A DNA stretch of 64,000 bases, from assembly GCF_006345805.1 (NCBI RefSeq), contig NC_042999.1, forward strand, positions 94,922,001 through 94,986,000, in the 5' to 3' direction. The first letter of the stretch is position 1. Each line of letters opens with the position of its first letter. This DNA comes from Octopus sinensis. Lineage: Eukaryota. Below are positions 10,854 through 23,830 of this stretch, one piece after another. The notes under the pieces are model-generated. The model worked only from the letters and a program-made list of their open reading frames with translations. It made no database searches and was not told the origin of the DNA. Position numbers and translations under genes: made by a program.

Positions 10854-13079
10854 GATAAAAACAGGCTTAGCGTTGAACCCGGTATGGAAGCCCTAAATCT
10901 AATATGGACCATGATACCTTATTTGGAATATTTCTATTTTTAAGATGATGTATGTGACTAGCGAGGGTTGTGGATTTACTGCGTTTCTCATATCTGAAAG
11001 AAGTGATAAGTGCAGAGAATGATTGTTTAAAATCCATAGTTGATCCTATATATGTTACTTGTAGAATTGTGTAGCTTGTTGAGGACGGTGTAATTGTAAA
11101 TTACGTTAGACCTTCTGCAACGGATTTTTAGAGGGGATAATGGTTCCAGGGCGGCAGTTACATGGTAGTGCATTGTGGGTATTATTCTCAGGAATGGGAG
11201 AAGTAATACTTTCGAAATTTCATTTTCACTACAATACGTATGTATTTGTGTATGTGTTTTAAGAATTTTTGCGAAATTACAACAAAAAATATAAGTGCAA
11301 TCTAATAAAAGGAACTCGATACTATTTTATAATGTAGAAGAGTATTATATATTCATTTATTAAAGCTAAAAGTATTGGATAAAGATCACCACATTCAAAA
11401 GCACGAAAGATAGAAACTGAGGCACCCTTGTCAGCGTTCAATAGTTTCAAGTTATATGTGTATGTATGTGTGTATGTAACTATGTATGTATTTATGTATG
11501 TAACTATGTATGTATGGTTGTGTAAATATGTATACGCGCGAATATGTATGCGGTTATCGCTTCACGTTATCGACCTTATCAATTGAATAGTTTCCATTTA
11601 TTTTAAATTAGATACATTTCGGTCAACATTTTAGATTGATAGACAAAATCGACATTTAATCTTCAAGGAATTGCCACACTTCAATATTCAGATTTCAAGT
11701 ATGTTTGTTACTAGTGGATTGTGTGTGTGTGTATGTATGTGCATGCGGGCGCATGTGTATGTATCCATGCTCGCGTCTCTGTGTGTATGAGTGTATGTTT
11801 GTGATGATGTGATTGTTACCAATCACAGTGAAAATTTCAATAAAATTTACATTTAAGTATTTAGAAGATAAAAAAAATAAATATCGCCGTTTGCTTTGAA
11901 ATTGCTTTATTATATATTTTGCGCTTTATATTTGTAGTTTTTGCTGTTACGAGTTTATAAACTCTTGATAATAATAAAGTATTTTGGGATGAAATTGTTG
12001 CTGTATGATAAATACACACACACACACGCATAATATATAGATCGTTAAACGTAAAAGAAAAGTAATCTGTTATTTTTAAATATGAAAGTATTCCATCAAA
12101 AGGATACTTACAGGATTCATATTCCCATGAGGATCAAAAATTGATCCAAGTTATTCGATTAATGTCCACAGCTGATGTTTTTTCTAGTTTTATTCATTTT
12201 TTATATTTAGAAACTTACGTTATAAAGTGACTGTTATCCATTTTTAATATTTTGTGCATCATAATACGTAATCTCATTCATGTGGGATTGCATAGTCGTA
12301 TATGTGCATATATATATATACATATATATATATTTCGTTTTTGGATCTGGTTTGCAATATATTTTAAATGAGTTCGTGTGCTGCAGCATATTCTGTTGTG
12401 TCTGGGAAGAGTCATTTTCTTTTTGTACTATTTAATTAACACACTTACCGGTAAAAATTCCACTTATTTCTTATTTTCATTTTCCTAAAATTTTCGTTGC
12501 GTCTTGCAACCATTTCAACAGTCTTTACAGTATGTGTATGTATATATGAATGTGTGTGCATCTGTATCTATGTATTCTGCATATTCATGCGCTTGCGTGT
12601 CCGTGTTTGTCTGTTTTTTATGTATGTGTGTGTGCGTGTGTTTGTATATGTATGCACCTCTGTCTCCTTGTGTATGAATGTGTGAGTGTGTTTTGCAACT
12701 ATGTACCGTGTTTGTATGTATGGATGTGTATCTCCATATGTGTGGACACGTGTCTCCATATGTGTCCTTGTGTGAAGTAAATGGTGTGTGAATATATGGT
12801 TGTGTGTTTCAGTCTTCATTTGTGTATGTGTGCTTGTCTGTTTATATAACCTATGTACCTAACCTTCTGTATGTTGATCTGTTTATTTTCATATCCATAT
12901 GCTTACATACTTGTGCATATACACATATATAGATACACAAACACATACACACATACATACATCTAGCTAGATAACAGCCAACTAACTATTCTACTCTACC
13001 TGTGTAAATTGTGCGTATGGAGGTATGATACCTACTATGTATATTTCCTATTTAGTGTTGGGCAAGTTTCAGTTATAAG

Positions 13080-13372
13080 GACGAAATCCCGTATTTATCT
13101 GAGTGTTGGGTCTTTTGGGTGCTTGGATAAGGAGCGGATGTCAAGTTGACACAGGTAGCCTCCATGTTGGTCTTAAGCATGTTGGTAGAGTATGGAGGAC
13201 TGTTTTTTGTCGTCATAGGGTCTCATATATTCATTTAGTCGTTCCGCAATGCTCCTAGATATCTCCCCTATGTATGTCACGTTCATGTGACAAGCACCTT
13301 CTATGCATCTTATGCTGTAAACTACATTTCTAGTTCTACAGTTAATGCCGTTTGCGTTCAGTCTTAGATTAC
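13080..13372 (-). pseudogene. Penelope-like element GIY-YIG endonuclease fragment
   Basis: CRTRNVVYSIRCIEGACHMNVTYIGEISRSIAERLNEY...SILYQHA matches the PLE pattern C..NVVY.I.C..C...YIGET.R.L..R..EH. Confidence 0.85.
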
Positions 13373-13377
13373 TGAAT

Positions 13378-13461
<84 letters not shown>

Positions 13462-13529
13462 AAATACATACATACACAGCATACATACATATATATATAT
13501 ATGTATGTATGGATAGATATATGTATGCA

Positions 13530-13571
13530 TGTATGCTGTGTATGTATGGATGTATATATATGTATGTATGG

Positions 13572-13611
<40 letters not shown>

Positions 13612-13850
13612 ATGCTGTGTATGTATGGATGTATATATATATATATGCAAGCTGTCTATGTATGGATGTATATATATATATATGCAAGCTGTCTATGTAT
13701 GGATGTATATATATATATATATATATATGCAAGCTGTGTATGTATGGATGTATATATATATATGCAAGCTGTGTATGTATGGATGTATATATATATATAT
13801 ATATGCATGCTGTGTATGTATGGATGTATATATATATATATATGCATGTA
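13530..13850. repeat. Minisatellite, unit GCAAGCTGTGTATGTATGGATG(TA)n, about 7 copies
   Basis: Seen directly; 3 further units at 15150-15265. Confidence 0.9.
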
Positions 13851-14063
13851 TATATATATATATATAAATATATACACATCCATCCATACATACATACACA
13901 GCATACATATGTAGAGTATAGATAAAATTGCGTCTAATGACATAATGTAATAGGTATATGCCCTAAATGCTCGGGTTCGCTTACCACGTATGTATATAGT
14001 TTACCATGTGCTTACCACGTATATAGTGTAACATGTATGTATGTCATTATTCGGTTTATTTTA

Positions 14064-14264
14064 GGCGGCGAGCTGGCAGAAATGTTAGCAATCCGGGCGA
14101 AATGCTTAGCGGTATTTCGTCTGTGTCCAAATTCCTTCGGGGTCGACTTTGCATTTCATCCTTTCGGGGTCGATAAATTTAGTACCATTTATGTACTGGG
14201 GTCGGTCTAATCGACTGGCCCCATCCCCCGAAATTTGCGGCCTTGTGCGTTGAGTGGAAAAGAA
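14064..14264 (+). mobile_element. SINE family A (tRNA-derived)
   Basis: ggcggcgagctggcagaaatgttagc (A-box-like)...ggtcgactttgcatttcatcctttcggggtcgataaatt...gaaatttgcggccttgtgc. Confidence 0.85.
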
Positions 14265-15107
14265 TAAGTGTCTGTAAGTGGTCCACGTGTGTACGGGTAG
14301 ATGTAAGTAATGAACAGACAAAAAAAAATGAACGGGCTAAACGAGTATTATTAATTTAGAGCATGGTATTTATAATTCAAAAATACTTGCATTGTTAGAT
14401 TAAATAGGTGACGAAGAAGTGGTGCATAAAGTCTGAAACAGCTGTTTCTATAATAGCTGTGCATATGCATAGCTATTCTAGAAACAGCTGCAAAAAACTT
14501 TATGCGCAAAATGATGCCTCAATAATGCATTCGCTTTGGTCGTGGTAAGAAGATGAACAAAATGAACATCTCTTTCTTTAAACCATTGAGCAGTATCCAA
14601 TCACCATTTCTAACATATTCTACAGCATATACTGAATAGTTTCAATCATCCGTTAATTAAAATTCTGTGTATGAGGAGAGAGAGATAGATAGATAGATTA
14701 GAAATGAGTCAGATACATCACCACACTTGGCGCTTTCATCTGGCCCAAGTTAAAGTCACTGTTCAGCTGCTTTCATATTTCATTCAATTGTAACTATTAT
14801 TGTGAAGCCTTGTTGACAAACTGTACGAATTCCAAGTCAGCAATTAATCACCGTAAGCGAGACATAATAGTACAGCCGTTCTGATAGAAAACAATTTATG
14901 AAAACTGTGTTTTCTGCTGAATCTTAAGAGGAAATCTGGTCACGGATTGGAACAATGGATTTTACCGAAATTTAATCATTACCATCATCATTATTATTAT
15001 CATTTATACTATATACAATTCTAAGATTCTGTGTATGCATGTGAGTACACAAAATAGACAAACAGGTACAGATATATCATAATGCGTGTACACACACACA
15101 CACACAC

Positions 15108-15150
<43 letters not shown>

Positions 15151-15480
15151 TGCAAGCTGTGTATGTATGGATGTATATATATATATGCAAGCTGTGTATG
15201 TATGGATGTATATATATATATATATGCATGCTGTGTATGTATGGATGTATATATATATATATGCATGTATATATATATATATAAATATATACACATCCAT
15301 CCATACATACATACACAGCATACATATGTAGAGTATAGATAAAATTGCGTCTAATGACATAATGTAATAGGTATATGCCCTAAATGCTCGGGTTCGCTTA
15401 CCACGTATGTATATAGTTTACCATGTGCTTACCACGTATATAGTGTAACATGTATGTATGTCATTATTCGGTTTATTTTA

Positions 15481-15680
15481 GCGGCGAGCTGGCAGAAATG
15501 TTAGCAATCCGGGCGAAATGCTTAGCGGTATTTCGTCTGTGTCCAATTCCTTCGGGGTCGACTTTGCATTTCATCCTTTCGGGGTCGATAAATTTAGTAC
15601 CATTTATGTACTGGGGTCGGTCTAATCGACTGGCCCCATCCCCCGAAATTTGCGGCCTTGTGCGTTGAGTGGAAAAGAAT
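15481..15680 (+). mobile_element. SINE family A, duplicate of 14064-14264
   Basis: Part of the 1.4 kb tandem duplication. Confidence 0.85.
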
Positions 15681-16501
15681 AAGTGTCTGTAAGTGGTCCA
15701 CGTGTGTACGGGTAGATGTAAGTAATGAACAGACAAAAAAAAATGAACGGGCTAAACGAGTATTATTAATTTAGAGCATGGTATTTATAATTCAAAAATA
15801 CTTGCATTGTTAGATTAAATAGGTGACGAAGAAGTGGTGCATAAAGTCTGAAACAGCTGTTTCTATAATAGCTGTGCATATGCATAGCTATTCTAGAAAC
15901 AGCTGCAAAAAACTTTATGCGCAAAATGATGCCTCAATAATGCATTCGCTTTGGTCGTGGTAAGAAGATGAACAAAATGAACATCTCTTCTTTAAACCAT
16001 TGAGCAGTATCCAATCACCATTTCTAACATATTCTACAGCATATACTGAATAGTTTCAATCATCCGTTAATTAAAATTCTGTGTATGAGGAGAGAGAGAT
16101 AGATAGATAGATTAGAAATGAGTCAGATACATCACCACACTTGGCGCTTTCATCTGGCCCAAGTTAAAGTCACTGTTCAGCTGCTTTCATATTTCATTCA
16201 ATTGTAACTATTATTGTGAAGCCTTGTTGACAAACTGTACGAATTCCAAGTCAGCAATTAATCACCGTAAGCGAGACATAATAGTACAGCCGTTCTGATA
16301 GAAAACAATTTATGAAAACTGTGTTTTCTGCTGAATCTTAAGAGGAAATCTGGTCACGGATTGGAACAATGGATTTTACCGAAATTTAATCATTACCATC
16401 ATCATTATTATTATCATTTATACTATATACAATTCTAAGATTCTGTGTATGCATGTGAGTACACAAAATAGACAAACAGGTACAGATATATCATAATGCG
16501 T

Positions 16502-16574
<73 letters not shown>

Positions 16575-19500
16575 GGCTTAGTAAAATAAATTACTTTGCC
16601 GCATACTGAACTCATTAGAAATAGCAGCTAAAAAACTTTTTTAAGGCTATTTCTAATACTTAAAGAAAATCTCTCTCATATATAGTGTTTGCTTAATTCA
16701 ACTCACAAAAGTTTGGGGGTAAGGACATCGAAAAATCAAATGCTAAGGTTATTCGAGAACGTACGTTTCAAGATTAGTCAAAACAACATTTCTATCATCG
16801 GCTCAGAAATTCCTTGGTTTGGATTTGGAAACACTGAAAATAAGAACATACCCTTTCGTATATATATATACGGCGGGTTTCTTTCGGTGTCCGTTTATGA
16901 AATATTATGAAATACTATATAGATTACGATATATTACGCCTTAATATTACATAGTGATCTAATATGTGGATTCACATTGCTTGCAAATTCCTTGAAACTA
17001 AATACGTGAATTAACTGGTTGCTAGGGACATCGTTTGGGAGAAACAGAATATGGTGAATTAGATTGTGTTTGAGAGTGGATGGAAGGAGTAGGAGAAATG
17101 AAGAAGAGGGAAGGAGGAAAGAAAGAATGGAGGACAGATGAGGTGGAGGTGAGGATGGAGAATTTACAAGCAGAGTAGAAAAGGTTTCTCCGAATAATAG
17201 TTTGCTTTAGAAGAATTATGGAGGAATTAAAGTTATATGATACTACAGAAATACATGAGGGGTACAAATATTGCGAAATATCGGACTACGGATTTGTATA
17301 TTTCATGTGGTTTTGGTAAATTATCTTTGTAAATCAAATGTGAGGCAAATGAAGTCAACTGCGTAGTAATTTTGGAAGGACAATGAGATATTATGTTGTC
17401 TATATATTTACAAATTTAATAAAAAGTCATAACGACGTAATACATTAAAATCAGCTTATACACTTTCACCTTTACATTCCATTCTACAAAACAACGGTCA
17501 CATTTATACGACAGCCACATGTTTTCTTCGAACAAACTTCTTCCGTAAATGTTATTTTGCTAAACCCGATCACCATTCAGTAAACAAACCACCTTCCGTT
17601 TTTATGTCCTCGCTTCTCTCCTCCTTTTCTCTCTTCCCAGTTTTCTTATTCTACCTTTTTCTCTAATATAAATCTCCTCCCCTCATTTCTATTAATCATT
17701 ACAACAGCGTATACTCACCACCCATCAACTTATATCGCATTGTTTTCTTGCAGTCTTTAAATGATATCACATACAACAAATCAAAAAACATATTTGTTTT
17801 CAGTTATACTGTTACCATTCATTGTTTTAACAGCACGGCGTGCTGTAAAATGAGACTAGAACACGCTAATGAAGTCACAATTGTGTGTGTGTGTGTATGT
17901 ACGTGCGTACATGCGTGTGTATTAGTATGTATGTGTACGTACGTGCGTGTGCATGTATGTGTGCGCGAGCAGGGAGAAGATCTATGAGTTAGTGTTTGTA
18001 TTGCATTATATTTCTAGGATCGAAGTGCAACCTTCCCTAATATTACATAATTTAGATGGGTAGCCGTGAAATATATTGCTTCATGACGTGCACCAATATG
18101 AACATGTGCTCATATTAGCACATGCTCACAAATTTATAGAGAAAGGTTATAATCAATTGAATCAACCCTTGCACACGACTGGTAATTGAAAGGAAGAAAG
18201 GCAATGTCCTATCTTGCAGGATTTTACACGTAAAAATGTGATAGAATATTGTAAGGCGTTTAATTCAGCATGATTACGTTCCTTTCACTCTACTGCATAT
18301 TAAACAGGCTACTGGTATCAAAAAATAAGGACGAATAATGCTCCAATAAAGCTGAGAAAATGTCAGCCTCTGATTGAAGTTATTTTATATCATTTATGCT
18401 ACTGCCTTTAGGAGCGAGAATGAACATTGAAATATTCTAAGTTCCTTTTTTTTCTTGAAATTATAAGCCCCAATATGAAGTAAAAAAAAAACCTACTTTA
18501 TACATCAGCGAAAAGAATTAACCTGGGGCACCGTTTGGTGAAGATGTCGCAGATCCTGTTGATTCCAGTTTCTGAATAATCATTCCAGTCACACTAAGTT
18601 ATTTTACCTCAGTTGTGTTTCTGAATGCCTTTTCGAATTTTGAAGTTTTAATTTATATATAAAAATCATTGTATTTACTTGTTAATTCAACAAATAATCA
18701 CTAAAATATAAGAACAGCCTTGATCTGCAACCTCAAACACCAAAATACTAATAAACGAAATGTTATGCATGTAATTGTAATAAAGAAATGTAGCTAACAT
18801 TTTGAGATCGACTCTTCATTGGAGAATTATCTATAGATTTATAGTTTAATATCACACATTGATTTCTACTGCGTGAATAAACTCGTTGTTCTTTGGACAG
18901 AAACAATTACTTTACGTTGTGTCATTCACGGAAAATTTCTATAAATTTTATGATACGATCGAAAGGAATCTATAAAGAAATGAATGAGTTATATGCATTA
19001 CAGCAGAAATATGTTGTACTTCTGAACAACATTCTTTACACATAAATACACACACACACACACACACATACAGACACACACACACACACACCACACACAC
19101 ACACACACAAGATGCGCTTTTAATTCATAGCTGTGAAGCTTTGGGAAAGGGTATCGAAGGTTTATACAAAACAAACTGCACCAAAACTCGGTAAATATCA
19201 CGATTTTCAAACATCTTTGTCACCTACGTCTGTTTGAGAAAATGGATATAGTGCAATAGAAAAAGCATCAAACTGCAAGAAAGTGATCAAGAGATCATTG
19301 TGTGTGTTTCCACAGAAAATAGAATATGAAAGTGAAATTTATGTAATAGCTGTCGCCTAAACAGCATTAAAGAAACCTTTCTGTTCATAGTTTTATCAGA
19401 AAACATTATTTTATACCCTACAAATTATGCAAGAGTTAGGAATAGGCCTCGTAAAGGTTTAGGTAAAAACAATATTACCTGGGATAAATAAGTAGCATGT

Positions 19501-21211
19501 CTTCAGGTGCATCTTTTAGTCACCGAAACTTGGAGAAACTGAAGTTTAACACCAGCGAGATTCATGATTAGATTTTTTCTTTTCAACTTTTGAAGAGTAC
19601 TAAGAAACGTGTTTTTTTCTTTTTCACTTTTTATTTTTGAAGAGAAATGCTGTTGGCTGATGGAAGCAATTTTTAACACACTTTTCACTGTGTACAAATA
19701 CTGTCTGATCGTCAGCCTTGACTTCTTAGATATATATCTAAATCTGAATCTAAAATGAACGGTTAAATATGCCACTATGCCATATAAAAATACAAACTTA
19801 AGGAAAACTTAAGGAAAGTAAACAATTTTTTAAAGAAAAGAGTCACAAATAAGCTCAAAATAGATTTTCTTTAATCTATTTAGTTCTCCTCCAGGTAAAA
19901 TATTTCACAAAGTTAATAAAATGAAAAGAAATTGAAAGAAAAAGTTTAGCTTTAAATTCGGCAAGTGATGTTGGGCAGAAATCAAGTAAAATTCCATAGC
20001 CTCCAACTAATTCTGTAATTAAATCCCGTCAGCTCATGTGAAGAAAAACTAAATCTGCTTTGAAATAAGAAGAAACCAAAAAGGAAAATGTAAAAATCAT
20101 AAAATGTCCACTTTGTGATTGAATTTTATTTCAGTTTTATTTATTTTTCAACTTCTGTGTTGTATTGTTTCCTTTTATTTTTCTTTGTATTTAAAATTAT
20201 TCTATTTTCGTGGAGGTTGCTATTGTTAACTTTATTGAGGTTACTGCTATTGTTATTGTTATTATCGATATTATTATTGCTTTCCTGTTGTTGTATTCTA
20301 TCCTAACATTTAAAAAATAAACAATAAAAACACACCGCCTGAAAATTCCCAAAAATCGTTAGCTTAATTTCGGTAATTTATGTCTTGCAAATCGCAACCG
20401 GGCAACTTGGCATACCAAATTAACTGTTCTATGTCTGTTATATTTTAATATAATTAGTATATTTTAATCCAGACATAATGAACAGATCACTGATTACAGA
20501 GTCAATAGGTTAACAAGAGAAAATGTTCAAGTTTCCTATTATCGATATTGTTTTGTGCCTCTGCTCAAGATACATTTGTCAAACATTCATAACAACTGCA
20601 GGCTTCGAACAACCCGTTATTATTATACACTGCAGCAACACTGTAAAGTCAACTGATTTTTCAACAGTGAGGAATAAAATTTGCTCTATAGTTCAGATTC
20701 TTGTCTACGTACTTTAAGTACACTTCGTAATTTAATAGTTACAATATAGACGGGACGACAGTGGAACGGAATACTCTGCAAAGACTCTGTGCGTTGTGTT
20801 CAATAACCAGCATTTCGCATAGCCGAATGATGAAGATATTTCAATTCTTTTATTAGTCGCCAAGTAATATCATTTGTAGTAGTAGCCAAAGAACTACATA
20901 ATGCTAGTTTTTTTTTCAAATTCTATAAGTCTGTTTATCACTATTGTTTTTTATGGTTAATTATACAGGAGATAAGTCCATGACTGCACTGGTTAGCACT
21001 CTATTGCAGGTAATTTCATTCTCATTAAAAATTGTTCCTATTCCTATCAGCAGTTAAAATTACACTACTTAGAGTACGTTCTTAGGGCTAAGATGACTGA
21101 ATTTCATTTTGATATCTACATAAAGCAGCAACGTGGATTGTACCTTACTATAGTACCTAAATGATTTCGAGTTCAATAGATCTCATCAAAAACAATCAAA
21201 GGTCTTTCTCG

Positions 21212-21441
21212 AGTTATAGGCGCATAAGGCAGATTTCCTGGATTCTGTGGCGTATATAATAATCCCCATCTGTATGAGACGCCGGTCAGTCGCAGCATTA
21301 CTTATTTTTGCCAGCTGAGTGGAGCAACGTGAAATGAAGTGCTTTGCTCACTATCAAAACGCATCGACCGGTACAGGTATCGAAGCCACACTCTAACGAC
21401 ATGAGTGCAACACTCTAACCACTAAACTAAGCACCTCCACA
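21212..21441 (-). mobile_element. SINE family C (tRNA-derived head), degenerate
   Basis: Reverse complement gtggaggtgcttagtttagtggttagagtgttgcactc...ggcttcgatacc (A/B boxes) followed by gagcaaagcacttcatttcacgttgctcc. Confidence 0.7.
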
Positions 21442-21759
21442 ATGGTTATTATAGTAAAGAATTATGTAACGCATAATTGCTTTCAGTGGGGACTTTTACC
21501 TTTCAGTGGCACCTATTTACATATAATCTTTTGATTATATGTACCTTATTCCATTACGACACAAATTCGTAACTGTAAACCAGACTAATGAAGGATACAC
21601 ACGTACAGCTCTGTAAACTTTAGCTAAACGTACGTTGTACCCACTTCCAGATGGATAGATTATATGTGTGTATGTATGCATATACACATTCACGCGCGCG
21701 CGCGCACACACACGCACGCACACACGCACGCACACACGCATTCATACACACAAACATAT

Positions 21760-21882
21760 TCTTTTCTACTCTAGACACAAGGCCCGAAATTTGGGTGGGG
21801 AGGGGGCCAGTCGATTAGATCGACCCCAGAATGCAACTGGTACTTAATTTATCTACCTCAAAAGGAGGAAAGGCAAAGTCGA
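21760..21882 (-). mobile_element. SINE family A 3' half
   Basis: cacaaggcccgaaattt...gtcgattagatcgacccca...aactggtactt...aaaggcaaagtcga. Confidence 0.8.
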
Positions 21883-21983
21883 TCGACGGACAAAAACATA
21901 TATTGTTATATTTGGAGATGGTCTTCTTTTGTGCATTAAGCACACGCACTATTTATTTGACCTTCATTTTATTATTATTATTA

Positions 21984-22015
<32 letters not shown>

Positions 22016-22134
22016 TGTCTGTTTGTCAGAGTACTTTTGTCACTCATTCTGGGATCTCTTTCGCAACTTTCTGTCCAACGTGTCCCCTCTTGTCCTGCCA
22101 ACTCCATTATCGGAATCTTGTGAAACAAATAATT

Positions 22135-22172
<38 letters not shown>

Positions 22173-22174
<2 letters not shown>

Positions 22175-22497
22175 CGCAGGAGTGGCTGTGTGGTAAGTAG
22201 CTTGCTAACCAACCACATGGTTCCGGGTTCAATCCCACTGCGTGGCATCTTGGGCAAGTGTCTTCTGCTATAGCCCCAATGCCTTGTGAGTGGATTTGGT
22301 AGACGGAAATTGAAAGAAGCCTGTCGTATATATGTATATATATGTATATGTGTGTGTATGTGTTTGTCGTAAACACACCAGCAAAAGAGACCGATAGAAT
22401 AAGTACTGGGCTTACAAAGAATAAGTCCCGGGGTCGATTTGCTCGACTAAAGGCGGTGCTCCAGCATGGCCGCAGTCAAATGACTGAAACAAGTAAA

Positions 22498-22502
<5 letters not shown>
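22173..22502 (+). mobile_element. SINE family B, near full-length with internal microsatellite and tail
   Basis: ggcgcaggagtggctgtgtggtaag...ggttcaatccc...ttgggcaagtg...aaggcggtgctccagcatggccgcagtc...gaaacaagtaaaaga; flanked by (TA)n. Confidence 0.88.
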
Positions 22503-22547
<45 letters not shown>

Positions 22548-22662
22548 AGGGTGAAAATTGAATATTAATTTGATTAATATCAATTTAAAACCAGTCGTCT
22601 AGCATATTAAATACTGAAGGTTCAGAAAATTATATTACATTCATATACTTATAAGCATGTTT

Positions 22663-22717
<55 letters not shown>

Positions 22718-23684
22718 GTGTGTGTGTGTGTGAGAATGTATGTATGTATGTATGTATGTATGTATGTATGTATGTATGTATGTGTAGCCAAATCGAAATC
22801 AAATACTTAGTATTCAGGTGACGAGTAATGCATGCTGGATGTCAGAACCAGACAAACGTCATCTAAGACGTTTTGCAATATCTCATCGTGTCCCTTTGCT
22901 TTTTGAGATCAAATTTCATTTGAAACGTGTCCACCTTTCATTCTTCGCTAGTAGATGAAATAATTTTCAGCAATACATTGTTTATCTATTCTGTCAACTT
23001 CGACCTATCGCTATAAATTTTTTGCCGTATGTCAATGTAAAGTAAAATCGATAATGTTTCGACTGAATAGGAGAAATACTAGAATTGAAGACTTTTTCTA
23101 AAATATAATTCTGATTATTTTATGTAAATTTTATCTAAAATCAATTACAATAGTAATTTGTTTAAATTCAGATTTTGACAGTTTTAGGAATCGAATACTA
23201 AAGTGTTCTCTATACAGATATAATTCTTTATTCTTTGTTTATTGTTTATTGTTCACTGTAGACGAGAGTCTGGTCCGAATACTCAGTTCGTGGTGGAGTA
23301 GTCGGTGTAAGATTATCAGAAGTAAGAAATACTAAAATGGTTATTCACCCTAAACCATTATTAAATGTATAGGAATGAAAATTACCGTTCAAAATCGATA
23401 ACTCTACAGCATTAACTACATAGCAATCGCTTATCCTGTGTTTTTATACCGGTTAAGAAATCCAATTAAAAGAGCTGAGAAAGAAACAGGGCTTAGTGCC
23501 CCGCAGCATCTCGGTCTTGTTTAAAATTTTGAAAAACTGCGCCATTTTATAAAATGGATTTAAGTACGGAAGCCTAAGGAAGACGACAAAGTTGAATCGC
23601 TGTCGTGGTTTTGGAAGGAACTATCGGAAAGTGCGTTTTCGCAAAAGTTGACGTGAGAGTGGTGATAATAATTGGTTTGTGGAG

Positions 23685-23830
23685 GCACAATGCCTATATT
23701 TTGAGCGGATAGGGTTATTCGATTACATCGACCCCAGTTCTTGATTGACATTTTATTTTATCAACCTCTGCCCCTTGGATGTAAAACAAAATTGATCTCG
23801 GTGGAATTTGAAATCAAAACATACAGAATC
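23685..23830 (-). mobile_element. SINE family A, degenerate
   Basis: ggcacaa...cgattacatcgaccccagt...gatctcggtggaatttgaa. Confidence 0.65.

Larger units (their letters stand above)
13727..16560. repeat. Near-identical tandem duplication, unit about 1415 bp (about 13727-15145 and 15146-16560)
   Basis: gtagagtatagataaaattgcg at 13911 and 15328; catttatactatatacaatt at 15001 and 16415. Confidence 0.95.

Noticed and set aside
13530-13850. Repeat-spacer pattern resembling a CRISPR array
   Set aside because: The spacers are only variable-length (TA)n, the context is eukaryotic, and there are no cas genes
22173-22245. tRNA-like sequences with A/B boxes (also 7460-7535, 21370-21441, 32495-32565 and the family A heads)
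   Set aside because: They are SINE heads continuing into SINE bodies; no complete cloverleaf
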